Part shown: positions 8,628 to 18,585 of the stretch, piece after piece
Layout of the letters: each line of letters begins with the position of its first letter
How positions within the stretch are numbered: position 1 is the stretch's first letter
Assembly (NCBI GenBank): GCA_965203005.1
Contig: CBDBBS010000003.1
Location: forward strand, 4,783 to 68,782
Reading direction: 5' to 3'
Length of the DNA stretch: 64,000 bases
Source of the DNA: Dehalococcoidia bacterium
GTDB taxonomy: Bacteria > Chloroflexota > Dehalococcoidia > Lucifugimonadales > UBA3495
Made by a program: the position numbers and the translations under genes
The notes under the pieces: generated by a model
The model's input: the letters and a program-made list of their open reading frames with translations, nothing else
Databases searched by the model: none
What the model was told of the DNA's origin: nothing

Positions 8628-11162
8628 CTACCAGACCTCCAGGTTCCAGCAGTCGTCGCCGCGGCAGGTGAGACTGCGGACCTTGTTGTTCAGCACCACC
8701 TCATCCACGGTCTCGCTGACCAGGATCCAGTAGGCTTCACCGTTGGCCAGTGAGGTCAGGGTGTTGAGCTCGGCGAACTCGGGGCGCGGGTCGTAGAAGG
8801 ACCAGACCTTGCCCACGTCGTCGAAGTGGAAGATGGCAACCAGGTTGTCGCCCAGGTTCTCCACGGCTCCGGGGAGCTCGGCGGGAGCGCCGCCGGCGGC
8901 GGACTCGGCCAGAACCTTCAGCTCGCCGATGGCCACGGTGTTCTTAACCGTCAACTGGACGCTGTAGGTGCCGGGATCCAGACCGGGAACCAGCACGTCG
9001 TCAACCGTGATGTTGCCGTCGCGGTCGGTGTGGGCGTTCAGGCTGCCGATCTGGCTGCCGCCGATCTTCACCTGATCGGCGTCGGTGTACACCGGCATGT
9101 CGGTGGCGGTGATGCTGATCATGTCGCCAGGCTGCGCCTCGGCCGGGTCGATGGTGATGGTCGCCACCGGCACGTCGAAGGTGGCAAGCTTCACGACGTC
9201 GGCGTACTTGACCTCAACCTGGATGGTGGAGGGGATGGTCACGCCGCGATGCACTTGGTGCTCCACGGTGAAGCGGCCCGCGGTGTCCGCGAAGGCGGAG
9301 TACTGGCGAGGGGCGCGGTTGCCCGCGTCATTCACCATGACCGTGACGGCTCTGCTCAGCGGGTTCTCCGGGTTGTCCACGGGCCAGTTCTCACCCATGA
9401 TGGTGATGTAGTCCCGGGGGCCGGCCACGTCAGGGGTCACCTTGACGGTGGGTTCGGCGATAGTGAGGGTCACGCTGCCGCTGAATCCCTTGCTGTCCTC
9501 GACGTTCAAGGAACGGGGCCCCGAAATGAGCGTGGGGTTGGTGTCGTCGTCAGAAACGGGCGCGAGGTGAACCGTGGCCACGAACTGCCCGGCGTTGGAC
9601 GTGCGCACGCCCTCTGCGCCATTGGCGCCGCAGCTGTCGTTGGACTCGTCGTCCAGCTTCACAGGCACTTCTTCCAGGGTGATCATGCTGGCCAAGATGC
9701 AGGCGTTGCTGGCGAAGCCGTTGCCCGTCAGGGTGATGCTGTCGTTGGGCAGCACGTCGGTCTTGCTGGCCGACACGATTGAAGGCGAGATGGTGATCTT
9801 GGTGTTCTTGGTGACGCCGCCCCAAGTGGCGTCAACGCGCACCGTGCCCTCCAGTCCGCCCGGCATCTCAAAGACAGCGGTTTCTCCGCTGATGGAGACG
9901 GGGACATAGGGGAGCATGTTCGCACCCGTGGGGACATCGGCCCTGGGGTTGACCACCTGCCCGCGTAGTTTGAGGCCCCCGAAATTTCCGCCGACGAAGT
10001 CCTGAGCAAAGACCCTGACCGTGTCGCCGGAACTGACTTCGGCGGGGGACACCCGGATAGAGGGCTCCAGGAAGAAGTCCTCAACGTCGGTGCTGGACAT
10101 GCGGCCTTCGCCGTCACCCATGCACAGATAGTTCATCCGGCCAGCCTTGAAAGTAGGAGCCGTGACCTCGAAGGTCACCGCGACCTTGTCGTCGCTGCCG
10201 ACCAGTGCGCCACCGACTTGCACGCCCTGGGTGATGATGGTCTCGCACGAGGGCCAGGTTGACTTGTCGTCAGGATCGCCGGCGGGGTGGTGCAGGACAT
10301 AGACGCCGGCGGTGGTCCCGTCGTTGAAGCCGGAACCGGTGACGGTCATCTCATAGCCGCGCTTGTTGTCCACGTCGGACAGGCCGATCTCGGCCAAGGT
10401 CTTCAGCGGCGCGCCGGCGCCTTCAACGTCGTCCAGCTCGACCTGAGGGCCGCTGTTGGCGTCACCGTTGGGGCCGAGGACGGAGTAGCCCACGCTGTGG
10501 TCACCCTCTTCACTGGGGTTCTTGATGCCGGCGGACTTGGTGAAGACCAGGGTGACGGTCTGGCCGGCCATGGGACCCTGGTGGCCGTCGGCGTCGTCGC
10601 TGGTGTTCATGTCGGGAATCAGCACCCGAATGGCATAGTCATCCTTGTCCTGGGTGAAATGCCCGTCGGTGTCGATATCAATGGGGTCGGTGGCATAGAC
10701 CCGCCCGCCGTTGTTGGTGTCGGGAGTGGCGGGGCTGACGGTGAAGTACACCGCGTCCCGGTCGATAGTGTCGGGCACATTGAAGTCGTCTTCCAAGTAC
10801 AGCTCGACGGAGCTGCCGCCCGCGCCTCTTATACCCAGCCGCTTGATGGTCAGCTTCAGCTCAACGCCGGCGCTGGCGGAGGTGGTGCTGCTGGCGATCA
10901 TGTCTCCGGCGGCGCCCGCAGTATCACTGGGGCCGCCGCCAGTGCCGTGACTGTGGGCGGGATCCGTGTGGTCGAGGCCGGCCGTGCGGTGACGCGCGTC
11001 ACACTGGGCTTTCTTGACTGGGTTGGTGATACTGGCGCACCCATCAGCCTGCGCGGCCTGGGGCTGCATCGCGGACAGCGCGACCACGAAAGCCAGCACG
11101 CCGAACACGGCCAGCGACATCAAGGCCACCGGCCAGATGTGCTTTCTCGCTTTGTAATTCAT
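8628..11162 (-). CDS. Secreted surface protein with Ig-like (IPT/TIG-type) repeats, paralogue 1
   Basis: 844 aa. N-terminus MNYKARKHIWPVALMSLAVFGVLAFVVA; repeated beta-rich ~90-aa segments; shares leader and N-terminal motif with the next two genes. Confidence 0.7.
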   Translation of the reverse strand: MNYKARKHIWPVALMSLAVFGVLAFVVALSAMQPQAAQADGCASITNPVKKAQCDARHRTAGLDHTDPAHSHGTGGGPSDTAGAAGDMIASSTTSASAGVELKLTIKRLGIRGAGGSSVELYLEDDFNVPDTIDRDAVYFTVSPATPDTNNGGRVYATDPIDIDTDGHFTQDKDDYAIRVLIPDMNTSDDADGHQGPMAGQTVTLVFTKSAGIKNPSEEGDHSVGYSVLGPNGDANSGPQVELDDVEGAGAPLKTLAEIGLSDVDNKRGYEMTVTGSGFNDGTTAGVYVLHHPAGDPDDKSTWPSCETIITQGVQVGGALVGSDDKVAVTFEVTAPTFKAGRMNYLCMGDGEGRMSSTDVEDFFLEPSIRVSPAEVSSGDTVRVFAQDFVGGNFGGLKLRGQVVNPRADVPTGANMLPYVPVSISGETAVFEMPGGLEGTVRVDATWGGVTKNTKITISPSIVSASKTDVLPNDSITLTGNGFASNACILASMITLEEVPVKLDDESNDSCGANGAEGVRTSNAGQFVATVHLAPVSDDDTNPTLISGPRSLNVEDSKGFSGSVTLTIAEPTVKVTPDVAGPRDYITIMGENWPVDNPENPLSRAVTVMVNDAGNRAPRQYSAFADTAGRFTVEHQVHRGVTIPSTIQVEVKYADVVKLATFDVPVATITIDPAEAQPGDMISITATDMPVYTDADQVKIGGSQIGSLNAHTDRDGNITVDDVLVPGLDPGTYSVQLTVKNTVAIGELKVLAESAAGGAPAELPGAVENLGDNLVAIFHFDDVGKVWSFYDPRPEFAELNTLTSLANGEAYWILVSETVDEVVLNNKVRSLTCRGDDCWNLEVW

Positions 11163-11167
11163 CTGAT

Positions 11168-11189
11168 GTAATCTCCTTGTCGAGATTGC
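11168..11189 (-). promoter_or_regulatory. Conserved 5'-UTR hairpin spanning the Shine-Dalgarno, copy 1
   Basis: mRNA GCAAUCUC-GACAAG-GAGAUUAC, then 6 nt, then AUG. Confidence 0.45.
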
Positions 11190-11261
11190 TTTCCCGATAG
11201 GTTTGGACTGGACAGATCATCCGGCGCCAGCCCAGACCGGCTGCTCTTTCGCCTAGGCCGC

Positions 11262-13250
11262 CTAGTTGGCAGTCACGTCGAAAGGCGTGTCGGAGAGCGT
11301 GTTTTCGCCGCCAGAACCGGTGGTTGCCACGTACACGTAGTAGCCCTCGCCGGAGGTCAGGCCGCCCAGGTTCAGTGTCGTCGGCAGCGTCCCGTCAGCC
11401 CTGGGATTGACGGGGGCAGAAGTGGCGCTGTTGTCCGCCTTGCTGATGGCGATGACGATGTAGCCCGCCGCGCCGGACGCCGGGTCCCACGTCACTTGGA
11501 TCGTGCCGCCGGTGTTGAGGCCGATACGGATGTTGCTGGCCATGCCCAGGGTTTCCACAGCCGTCGTGTCGCTGGCTTCCGCCGACGCAGCGCTGGTTGC
11601 GTCAAAACTGTTGACTGCGTACACCCGGTAGTAGTACCTCGTCTCGTAGGCCAGGTTCGAGTCGGTGTACGAGGTCCCGGTCCCGGTATGGGCGGGGTCC
11701 ACCGCGGTGAAACCGCTGCCCGACGTAGTGCTGCGCTCAACCTTGTAACCGGTAATGGTTGCGCCGCGCTCGCCCACGGAACCGGCGTCGGCCGGCGCGG
11801 TCCACGTCACCGTTATCATGTTGCGGTCGGCATTAGCCTCCACGGTCCCGGGCGCTCCCGGCTCGGTGACCACCGTGTTCAAGGTCACGGAGGTTCCGTC
11901 CGAAGGCAGGCATTTGTTAACCAGGGCGCTGACCACGTAAGTGGCCGCTCCGTTGTGCGGATTTTCGTCGATGAAAGTCTGCTCCTGGGTGGGCTGATCA
12001 GCGGCGAAGGAGCGCGGGCCGTACCTATGGGGCCGCGGGACCTTGCCGAAGCCAGTGTCCATGTTGCTGGCGTCAACCCGTTCGATTTGGTAGGTAAGCC
12101 GCTTGCTCTTGTCCCCGTTGCCGACGGTCTGGTCAACCTTGTCGCCATCGAACCAGGACTGGTTGCCGCCGACCGGGGCAGTCCACTGCAAAACGACGTG
12201 TCCGGCGTCGTTGACGGTAGCGCGCAGGTTCTCCGGCCGGAGAACCCCAGCGGGCTCCGTCAGCGTCTCTGCAATCGTCTCCCAGGGACCGTAGAGGCCG
12301 TGAGAGTTCATGGCCCGGACCCGGTACTTGTAGGTCGGGCCGTAGGTCAGGCCGGAGTCTTCGTACTCCATGCCGGTGTGCGCGACCAGGCTCCAGGCGC
12401 CGTCGCCGACCATGCGCTCGACCTTATAGGTGACCTCGGTGGCCTTTTTGCCGACTTCTTCCTTGCCGGCTCCCTCGCCGCCGGTGTAGTCGGGGCCAAC
12501 GTACTCGCCGTTATCGTCCGTGGCCGGCACGGTGCCGAAGTCGGCGGGCGCCTGCCAGGTCACGGTAATCGCGTTGCAAGCCTTCTCCGTCTTCAGCATC
12601 CGCACCGCGGTGGGCGGAGTCAGCAGCGGCTCGAGGCGGCCGCCCGAGTCGGCGGTCACCGTCGTGCGCGTGCGGCTCCATTTGCCGTAGCCCATCTTTT
12701 TGGTGCCATCGGCGTTGGTCACTTCCACGTAGGCGCGCACCTTGTAGGTGTAGGTGGTTCCGTAGGAAAGACCCAGGTCCCGGTGTTGATGCTTCACGGC
12801 GTCGATGTCAATGGTGGCATTGCCGCCGTTGTTCCGCAGCAGGGCGAGAATGTTCGGGTCGGTGTGGTAAACCTCCCGGTCAATCTGGTATTCCTTAACC
12901 GTGTAGTCCGAGCTGTCCGGGAGGGCCTGCCAGCTCAGCCGCGCGCCGTTGTCCAGGCTGTCCAGATTGAAGTACTTGGGCGCCGGCACGTTGGCCAGGG
13001 GGTCGGTGGGCTCGCGGGTGGGCGCCGCGTCGTCCTCGCACTTGGGGTGGTCGGCGGGCGTCACAGCGTCGTGGCTATTCTTGAACGCATCGCTTTCGCC
13101 CTCACAGTGGCTGCCCACTGCGCCGCCGCCGTGGGCGGCGGTCGTCGCCGGGTTGCCGGCAAGCACCACGAAAGCGGCCAGGACGCCGACGATGGCGAGT
13201 GACAGCGCCAGCGCCCCCAGCCGGATGTGCTTTCTCGTTTTGTTACTCAT
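11262..13250 (-). CDS. Secreted fibronectin type III repeat surface protein, paralogue 2
   Basis: Start ATG 13250 (MSNKTRKHIRLGALALSLAIVGVLAAF). Multiple FN3-like units (W..P...G..I.GY.V.R; YxYRVxA). Confidence 0.8.
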   Translation of the reverse strand: MSNKTRKHIRLGALALSLAIVGVLAAFVVLAGNPATTAAHGGGAVGSHCEGESDAFKNSHDAVTPADHPKCEDDAAPTREPTDPLANVPAPKYFNLDSLDNGARLSWQALPDSSDYTVKEYQIDREVYHTDPNILALLRNNGGNATIDIDAVKHQHRDLGLSYGTTYTYKVRAYVEVTNADGTKKMGYGKWSRTRTTVTADSGGRLEPLLTPPTAVRMLKTEKACNAITVTWQAPADFGTVPATDDNGEYVGPDYTGGEGAGKEEVGKKATEVTYKVERMVGDGAWSLVAHTGMEYEDSGLTYGPTYKYRVRAMNSHGLYGPWETIAETLTEPAGVLRPENLRATVNDAGHVVLQWTAPVGGNQSWFDGDKVDQTVGNGDKSKRLTYQIERVDASNMDTGFGKVPRPHRYGPRSFAADQPTQEQTFIDENPHNGAATYVVSALVNKCLPSDGTSVTLNTVVTEPGAPGTVEANADRNMITVTWTAPADAGSVGERGATITGYKVERSTTSGSGFTAVDPAHTGTGTSYTDSNLAYETRYYYRVYAVNSFDATSAASAEASDTTAVETLGMASNIRIGLNTGGTIQVTWDPASGAAGYIVIAISKADNSATSAPVNPRADGTLPTTLNLGGLTSGEGYYVYVATTGSGGENTLSDTPFDVTAN

Positions 13251-13252
13251 TT

Positions 13253-13277
13253 GACTGAATCTCCTTGTGAGATTGTC
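13253..13277 (-). promoter_or_regulatory. Conserved 5'-UTR hairpin spanning the Shine-Dalgarno, copy 2
   Basis: mRNA GACAAUCUC-ACAAG-GAGAUUCAGUC, then AA, then AUG. Confidence 0.45.
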
Positions 13278-13353
13278 GCTGCGCGTTGGCATCGGGAGGC
13301 TTCAGCGTTCCCGCCGGGTCACGGTTCGGGAACGTCTGAAGTCTTGACGCTGG

Positions 13354-16300
13354 CTAGGGGACCGTAACCGCAGCGGCGTCGAGCGCCATCTCGTAGTCGT
13401 CGTCCAATGCCACCACCACGACGGTGTAGGCTCCGGAGGCGACATTCGTGAAGGTCGTCGTGCCGTCGGTCTGGGCGCCCTTGATATCAGTAGCAGGATC
13501 AAACTCCCAGTTCGAGTCGAACAGGATGACCGCGTGCTGAGTGGCGTTCATGCCGTCTGTCCAGGTGACGACGACGTCCTGAATGCCGGGGTCGCCGTCG
13601 CGCTCCACTGCATTCGCCGTAACGCCCGTCGGCGCGGTCAGCTCGGTGATGCCCGATTCCACCGTCACGTCGATCTCCTGCTCGCCCGTTCCGCCGTTGC
13701 CGTCGCTGGCGGTCACCGTGATGGTGGCCGTGCCTTCGGCGACGCCGCGAATGGTCAGCATGCTGCTGCCGGCGGGGATGTCGGGGGTGGCGATGTCGTC
13801 GTCGTCAGACGTGGCGGCGTAGGTCAGCGCGTCATTGTCGTCGGCGTCGCTGAAGTAGCCGGACACGTCCATGGCGGCGGTCATCTGGCCGGCCTGCACG
13901 GTCACGGCGGCAATGGAGCCCTCAGGCATGGGGGCGTTGTTGCCCGTGGTGACCGATTGCTCGGCGGACCACGCGCCGGCCTTCATGCCGTGGATGGCGC
14001 GCACCCGGTAGGTGTACTCCGTGTTGCCCTTCAGGCCCGTGTCGTAGTGCATCATGCCGGTGAACATGGTCTTGGTCATGCCCATGTCGTCGGACTTGGT
14101 GACGTAGCGCTTCATGAACAGCGCCTTGACCTTCTTCGCGGTTTCTTCGCTGATCTTCTTGCCCGCGTTGGCGTCGGTGTCGGCGATCTTGGTGGGGTAG
14201 GTGTCCAGGAAGTGCTTGCAGTACATGGCTTGGTTGGCTTCGTTGTCCTCGGCCATGGCCACGGCCAGCATTCCCTTGCAGTTCAGCGTCTCCCACCATT
14301 CCTTGTAGTTCATGAAGGCGTGCATGGCGCCCATGGCGTCGGTGTTGTAGCCGTCCATGGGAATGGCGCCCACCCCGTCATCATCGTGCTTGCGCTCGAT
14401 GATGTAGCCGGTGACGTCGTCGGCGTTGTCTGCCGGCGCGCTCCACGACACCTTGATCTTGGATCCAGGCATGTCAGTGGACTTCGCGGCCATCACGTTC
14501 TGCGGCGCGCTGGGCTTCATCATGGTGTCCATGGGGAAGCGTACTTCGGCCCACTCGCCGGTCACGTCGCCGTCGTCAACGGCGGCGACACGGTACATAC
14601 GCACCTCGTCGTCGGCCGGCTCGTCGAAGTCGGTCAGGGCGGTGCGCATACCCGTGGAGGTGCCCAGGGTCTTATAGTTGCTGTCCTCGCCCATGACCTT
14701 CCGCTCGACCTTGTAGTTCTGGACCATGGAGCCAGGGGGGCCCTTGGGCTTGTTCCAGATGAGCAGAACGCCCTTATCTCCGATGTTGGAGTCCCTGGCG
14801 TCTTCCGCCACCAGGCCGATGGGCATTTCGGGCTTGCCCGCCGCGGGCGTCGTCGCCGTCTCCCACCCGGTGTATTCGTCCGCCGCGACATCGGTGGTGC
14901 GATTGGGAGCCACGGCCGCGACGCGATAGAGCCAAACCTGATTCTGAGACAGTTCGTCGTGCTCGTACATCTTGGCCGGCCCGTCCGTCGTCTTCGTATC
15001 AATGTTAGCGTCAACGGCTCCCTGCATCTTCATCTGGACCGAGTAGTGGTCGATGTCGCTGTCTTTGAGGTCCTTGGGATGCTCCCAGGTGACGGAGATC
15101 TTGGTGGAGTCGACGGCCCGCGCCATCAGGTTCCGCGCTTTGCCCAAGGCGCCGGGAGGCGCGGTGGTGGCGTCTTGCAGGTCGCTGGCTGTGCTGATTG
15201 TCTGGTCCGAGCCGATGGTGAAGATGCGGTAATAGAATTGCGTGCCGGGCTTGAGACCTTCGTCATCGAACTTGGTGTCGGTGAAACCGGTGTGACCATG
15301 CAACGGCTGCCACTTCAGCAGGTCAACTCCGGTCGCTGCGCCCATGGCCTTGTCAATCCGGTAACCGGACGCGGGATAGTCAATTGCGTCCGTGGCGGTG
15401 TCGCCGTCATGGTCATAAGTCCCGGCGGTCCACGCCAGCTTGATCGTGGTTCGGCCGGCGTCTCCGTCGGCCGGAGCCGCGCCCACGGCCGCAAACGTTG
15501 GCGTCGTCGGGTTCGAGCCGCCGTTCACGATGATGGACGCGATATTGCTTGCGACGCTCTTCTTCGTGGCGCTCTTGGTGACGACGCGATAGTACAGCGT
15601 CTTCCGTACCGTGGTGGGAACAGCGTGGGTATGGGTGGCTTGCTGCGCGGCGGTTGAGGATTGAGCCGTGGCCGCCGTAACGTCCGCCAGCACGCCTTTG
15701 TCGGTGGAGGTGGCGACGGCCGTAAGGGCGCCCCCATCAAAGGGATTGTCGCCAACCTCTTCGGTGGGCAGTGGCCAATCGGTGCGGCTGGTGGACACTT
15801 CAATACGGAAGTTGTCGATGGGCACGCCGCCGTCGCTGGTCGGCCAGTGCCAGTAGAGGTTGACGACGGTCCCATCGTCATTTTTCGCCAGGCGCAGGGT
15901 TCTTGGCGGGTTCGGGTTCACCACTGCCGCCGTCATGGCGTTCTTGGTAGCGGAGGGCATCTCGGATATGCCGTAACCATTGGCCGCAGTGCCCGCGCCG
16001 GTAATGGCATAGACCTTGAAGAACCGTCTTTCTGCCGCGGGCAGTTCCTTGACCGAGTGTTTGGTCATCGCGTTGCCCGTGAGGATGAGGCCCGCGGCTG
16101 TGCCGGAGACGAAGTCGACAGCGCTCGGGAGAGTGGTCTCGTCCAGCGCCCGGCATCCGGCGGCTGCGTCCTGGAACGCGGTGTCTCCATCCGTCATCTC
16201 GATGCAGTAGTTGACGATTTTCTTGCCGCCGCCGTAGGGGGCGTCCCAGGCCAGGTCAATCTGGTGCCACTTTGCGGGCATGGTGGTGGGCACGGTGGCC

Positions 16301-16752
16301 CGCAGGTTCATGACCTTGTCGGGTCGTCCGGCGGCGCCGGTGGTCGTAGTGGAGTAGGTCTCGGACACCAGGCCGGTGCCGGCGGAGTTGATGGCGAAGA
16401 CCCGGTAGATGTACATCTTGCCGGGATCCAGCCCGTCATGCTTGTACATCAGAGTGTCGTCGCCAGTGTTCGCCTCCAGCTGCATATAGACGGCGCCGTC
16501 CGTGGAATAGTCGATGCGGTATCCGGTGACCGGGCCTCTTTCCGGCGCGAGCCAGGTGAGCACCACGGCGGTGCGCCCCTCGTTGCCGTCGGCCGGCTTG
16601 GCCAGCAGGTTTTTCGGCGCGCTGGGGATGCTCTCGTGGTCGGCCTGGGCGTTGCCCGGCGGCTGGGCCGCAAAGATGGCCAGCGCGGCGGCGACGGCTA
16701 ACACCGCCACCAGGGGCGCTGACCAAATCAGCTTTCTCGTTTTTCTACTCAT
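13354..16752 (-). CDS. Large secreted FN3-repeat surface protein, paralogue 3
   Basis: 1132 aa. MSRKTRKLIWSAPLVAVLAVAAALAIFA; about 8 or more FN3-like units (LTWLAPERGPVTGYRIDYS...YIYRVFAINSAG). Confidence 0.8.
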   Translation of the reverse strand: MSRKTRKLIWSAPLVAVLAVAAALAIFAAQPPGNAQADHESIPSAPKNLLAKPADGNEGRTAVVLTWLAPERGPVTGYRIDYSTDGAVYMQLEANTGDDTLMYKHDGLDPGKMYIYRVFAINSAGTGLVSETYSTTTTGAAGRPDKVMNLRATVPTTMPAKWHQIDLAWDAPYGGGKKIVNYCIEMTDGDTAFQDAAAGCRALDETTLPSAVDFVSGTAAGLILTGNAMTKHSVKELPAAERRFFKVYAITGAGTAANGYGISEMPSATKNAMTAAVVNPNPPRTLRLAKNDDGTVVNLYWHWPTSDGGVPIDNFRIEVSTSRTDWPLPTEEVGDNPFDGGALTAVATSTDKGVLADVTAATAQSSTAAQQATHTHAVPTTVRKTLYYRVVTKSATKKSVASNIASIIVNGGSNPTTPTFAAVGAAPADGDAGRTTIKLAWTAGTYDHDGDTATDAIDYPASGYRIDKAMGAATGVDLLKWQPLHGHTGFTDTKFDDEGLKPGTQFYYRIFTIGSDQTISTASDLQDATTAPPGALGKARNLMARAVDSTKISVTWEHPKDLKDSDIDHYSVQMKMQGAVDANIDTKTTDGPAKMYEHDELSQNQVWLYRVAAVAPNRTTDVAADEYTGWETATTPAAGKPEMPIGLVAEDARDSNIGDKGVLLIWNKPKGPPGSMVQNYKVERKVMGEDSNYKTLGTSTGMRTALTDFDEPADDEVRMYRVAAVDDGDVTGEWAEVRFPMDTMMKPSAPQNVMAAKSTDMPGSKIKVSWSAPADNADDVTGYIIERKHDDDGVGAIPMDGYNTDAMGAMHAFMNYKEWWETLNCKGMLAVAMAEDNEANQAMYCKHFLDTYPTKIADTDANAGKKISEETAKKVKALFMKRYVTKSDDMGMTKTMFTGMMHYDTGLKGNTEYTYRVRAIHGMKAGAWSAEQSVTTGNNAPMPEGSIAAVTVQAGQMTAAMDVSGYFSDADDNDALTYAATSDDDDIATPDIPAGSSMLTIRGVAEGTATITVTASDGNGGTGEQEIDVTVESGITELTAPTGVTANAVERDGDPGIQDVVVTWTDGMNATQHAVILFDSNWEFDPATDIKGAQTDGTTTFTNVASGAYTVVVVALDDDYEMALDAAAVTVP

Positions 16753-16754
16753 TT

Positions 16755-16780
16755 GACAATATCTCCCTTTCGAGATTGTC
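16755..16780 (-). promoter_or_regulatory. Conserved 5'-UTR hairpin spanning the Shine-Dalgarno, copy 3
   Basis: mRNA GACAAUCUC-GAAAGG-GAGAUAUUGUC, then AA, then AUG. Confidence 0.45.
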
Positions 16781-17194
16781 CTCTGGGTAATGTGGGTGGT
16801 TGGCTGCGCCCCGGCCCGGCGTTGCGCGGGCTGTCAGGTATTGCCGCGGGCGGCGTGGGGCGGCTTTCAACAGGTATCCTTGCTCGCACCTCCTTATGGT
16901 GAGGCCCGTGCGCCAGTCCTTCGACAGGCTCAGAATGTTGCCGAATCTAAATCTAACCCGCACAAAATTACGGCGGCATTACATGGCTATCAAATCGATG
17001 TGATATCAGGGCTGTAATATGATTAAGGCATATTAAGGTCGCTGAAGCCGAAGCCAAGGTGAAACCCGCATTGGCTTTAGGTGGAATTGGCGGCGGATGG
17101 GTTGTTTAGCGACCGAAATCGGAGTGGGGGATGCAGTTGGGGAAGAAGGAGATGGGCCACTGCTGGAGCGGTGGCGCATGGATGAGGCTGAGGT

Positions 17195-17395
17195 ATGACG
17201 GCGGATGTATCGGGCGCCGACACCACGGGAATGGGAGAGGTGACAGCCATGTGGCTGCTGGTCCAGGGATGGACGGCGACGGCGGTAGGTCGGGCGCTGG
17301 ATAGGGATGCTCACACCACAGGCCGATGGGCCGCGACGTTTGCGGAGGGAGGCCCCAATGCGCTGCCATTTGAGCAGTCGGGACCCCCGCGCTAG
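17195..17395 (+). pseudogene. IS630-family transposase N-terminal HTH fragment
   Basis: LLVQGWTATAVGRALDRDAHTTGRWAATFAEGGPNALPFEQSGPP matches the IS630 wHTH pattern; ends at the junction with the TnpB-like fragment. Confidence 0.55.
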
Positions 17396-17397
17396 CT

Positions 17398-18483
17398 TGG
17401 GGAGAACGGCTACGCCAGCCATCAGGAATGGCTAGCGGACTGGCAGGAGGCTCGCAGGGATGAGTTCTTCGTGCTGGGCAGCCGCGACGAGACGGCTGGT
17501 TGCCAGCTGTGCGTGGTCACTGTGGCTGACGATGGGACCCTGCGGCTGCCGGACTGCCTCGCCAGTCAGCACGGCAAGTATCTAACCATCGAAGGCGTGC
17601 GGTTCGCCTACGGCCACGAGCAGGTGCTGGCGGCGCTGGACAGCAACGCCGATTACTCTCGGTATCGGCGCGAGCACGGCGAGAAGTTGGCCCGAGCCAG
17701 CGAGCTGGGCCAGGCCATCAGCTACTGGTTCAAGCGGGACGGGAAAGCATGGCGGGCCTTCGCCAGCACTGCAATGGTGGACGTGCCAGCGGTGATTGAC
17801 CGGAGTCGTGGGGCCATCGGCGTGAACTTGAACGCCGACCACTTGGCGATCTGTGAGACCGACGCCAGCGGGAACTACGTCCATGCTTTCAGCGTGCCGC
17901 TGGTGACCTACGGCAAGTCCCAGCGCCAGGCCGAGGCCATCATCGGCGACGCCGTGGCCGACGTGGTGGCCTACGCCCGCGACGTAGGCAAGCCCATCGT
18001 CACGAGAAGCTGGACTTCCGACAGAAGAAGGCCGCTCTTGAGGGCGAGTCACACCGGTACAGCCGGATGCTGTCCGGCTTCAGCTACAGCAAGGTCAGGG
18101 CGTGCTTCCACTCCCGTGGCCACCGCCAGGGAGTGGAAGTACATCAGGTCAACCCGGCCTTCAGCTCCGTGATCGGCCGGGTGAAGTTCATGGAGCGTTA
18201 CGGACTCAGCGTCCACCAGGCTGCGGCCCTGGTGCTGGCCCGACGTTTACTCGGCTGCTCCGAGCGCATCCCCCGCCGGTGGGTAGCTCCCATTGGCAAT
18301 GGCGTCTGTGTCGCCTTCACCGTACCCGTGAGGAAGCGAGCGAAGCACGTGTGGACGTACTGGGGTGCGATCTCGGGTCAGTTGGGACCGGCGCTTGCAG
18401 CGCAACATCGGCTGGGGAAGCAAGGACGCCGACCCAATCCGGTTCAGGCTGCCGCGCGGGGAAAACTCCGCGGGCTGGCTTGA
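17398..18483 (+). pseudogene. Long TnpB-like (OrfB_IS605-like, no Zn ribbon), copy A: 5'-truncated and frameshifted
   Basis: Homologous to 48231-49934 from ...NGYASHQEWLADW. A 1-nt deletion near 18003 (GKPIVTRSW versus GKPIVMEKLDF) splits it into ORFs 17471-18172 and 18067-18483. Confidence 0.8.
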
Positions 18484-18585
18484 ACTGTTGGGGCGGCGCG
18501 CACGGCACTGACCGCGTCTTCGGGAATGGCTGACGTTAGTCCAGCAACTAAAGTCAGGCTTTTACAACGGCTTTGGTCGGCAGCG

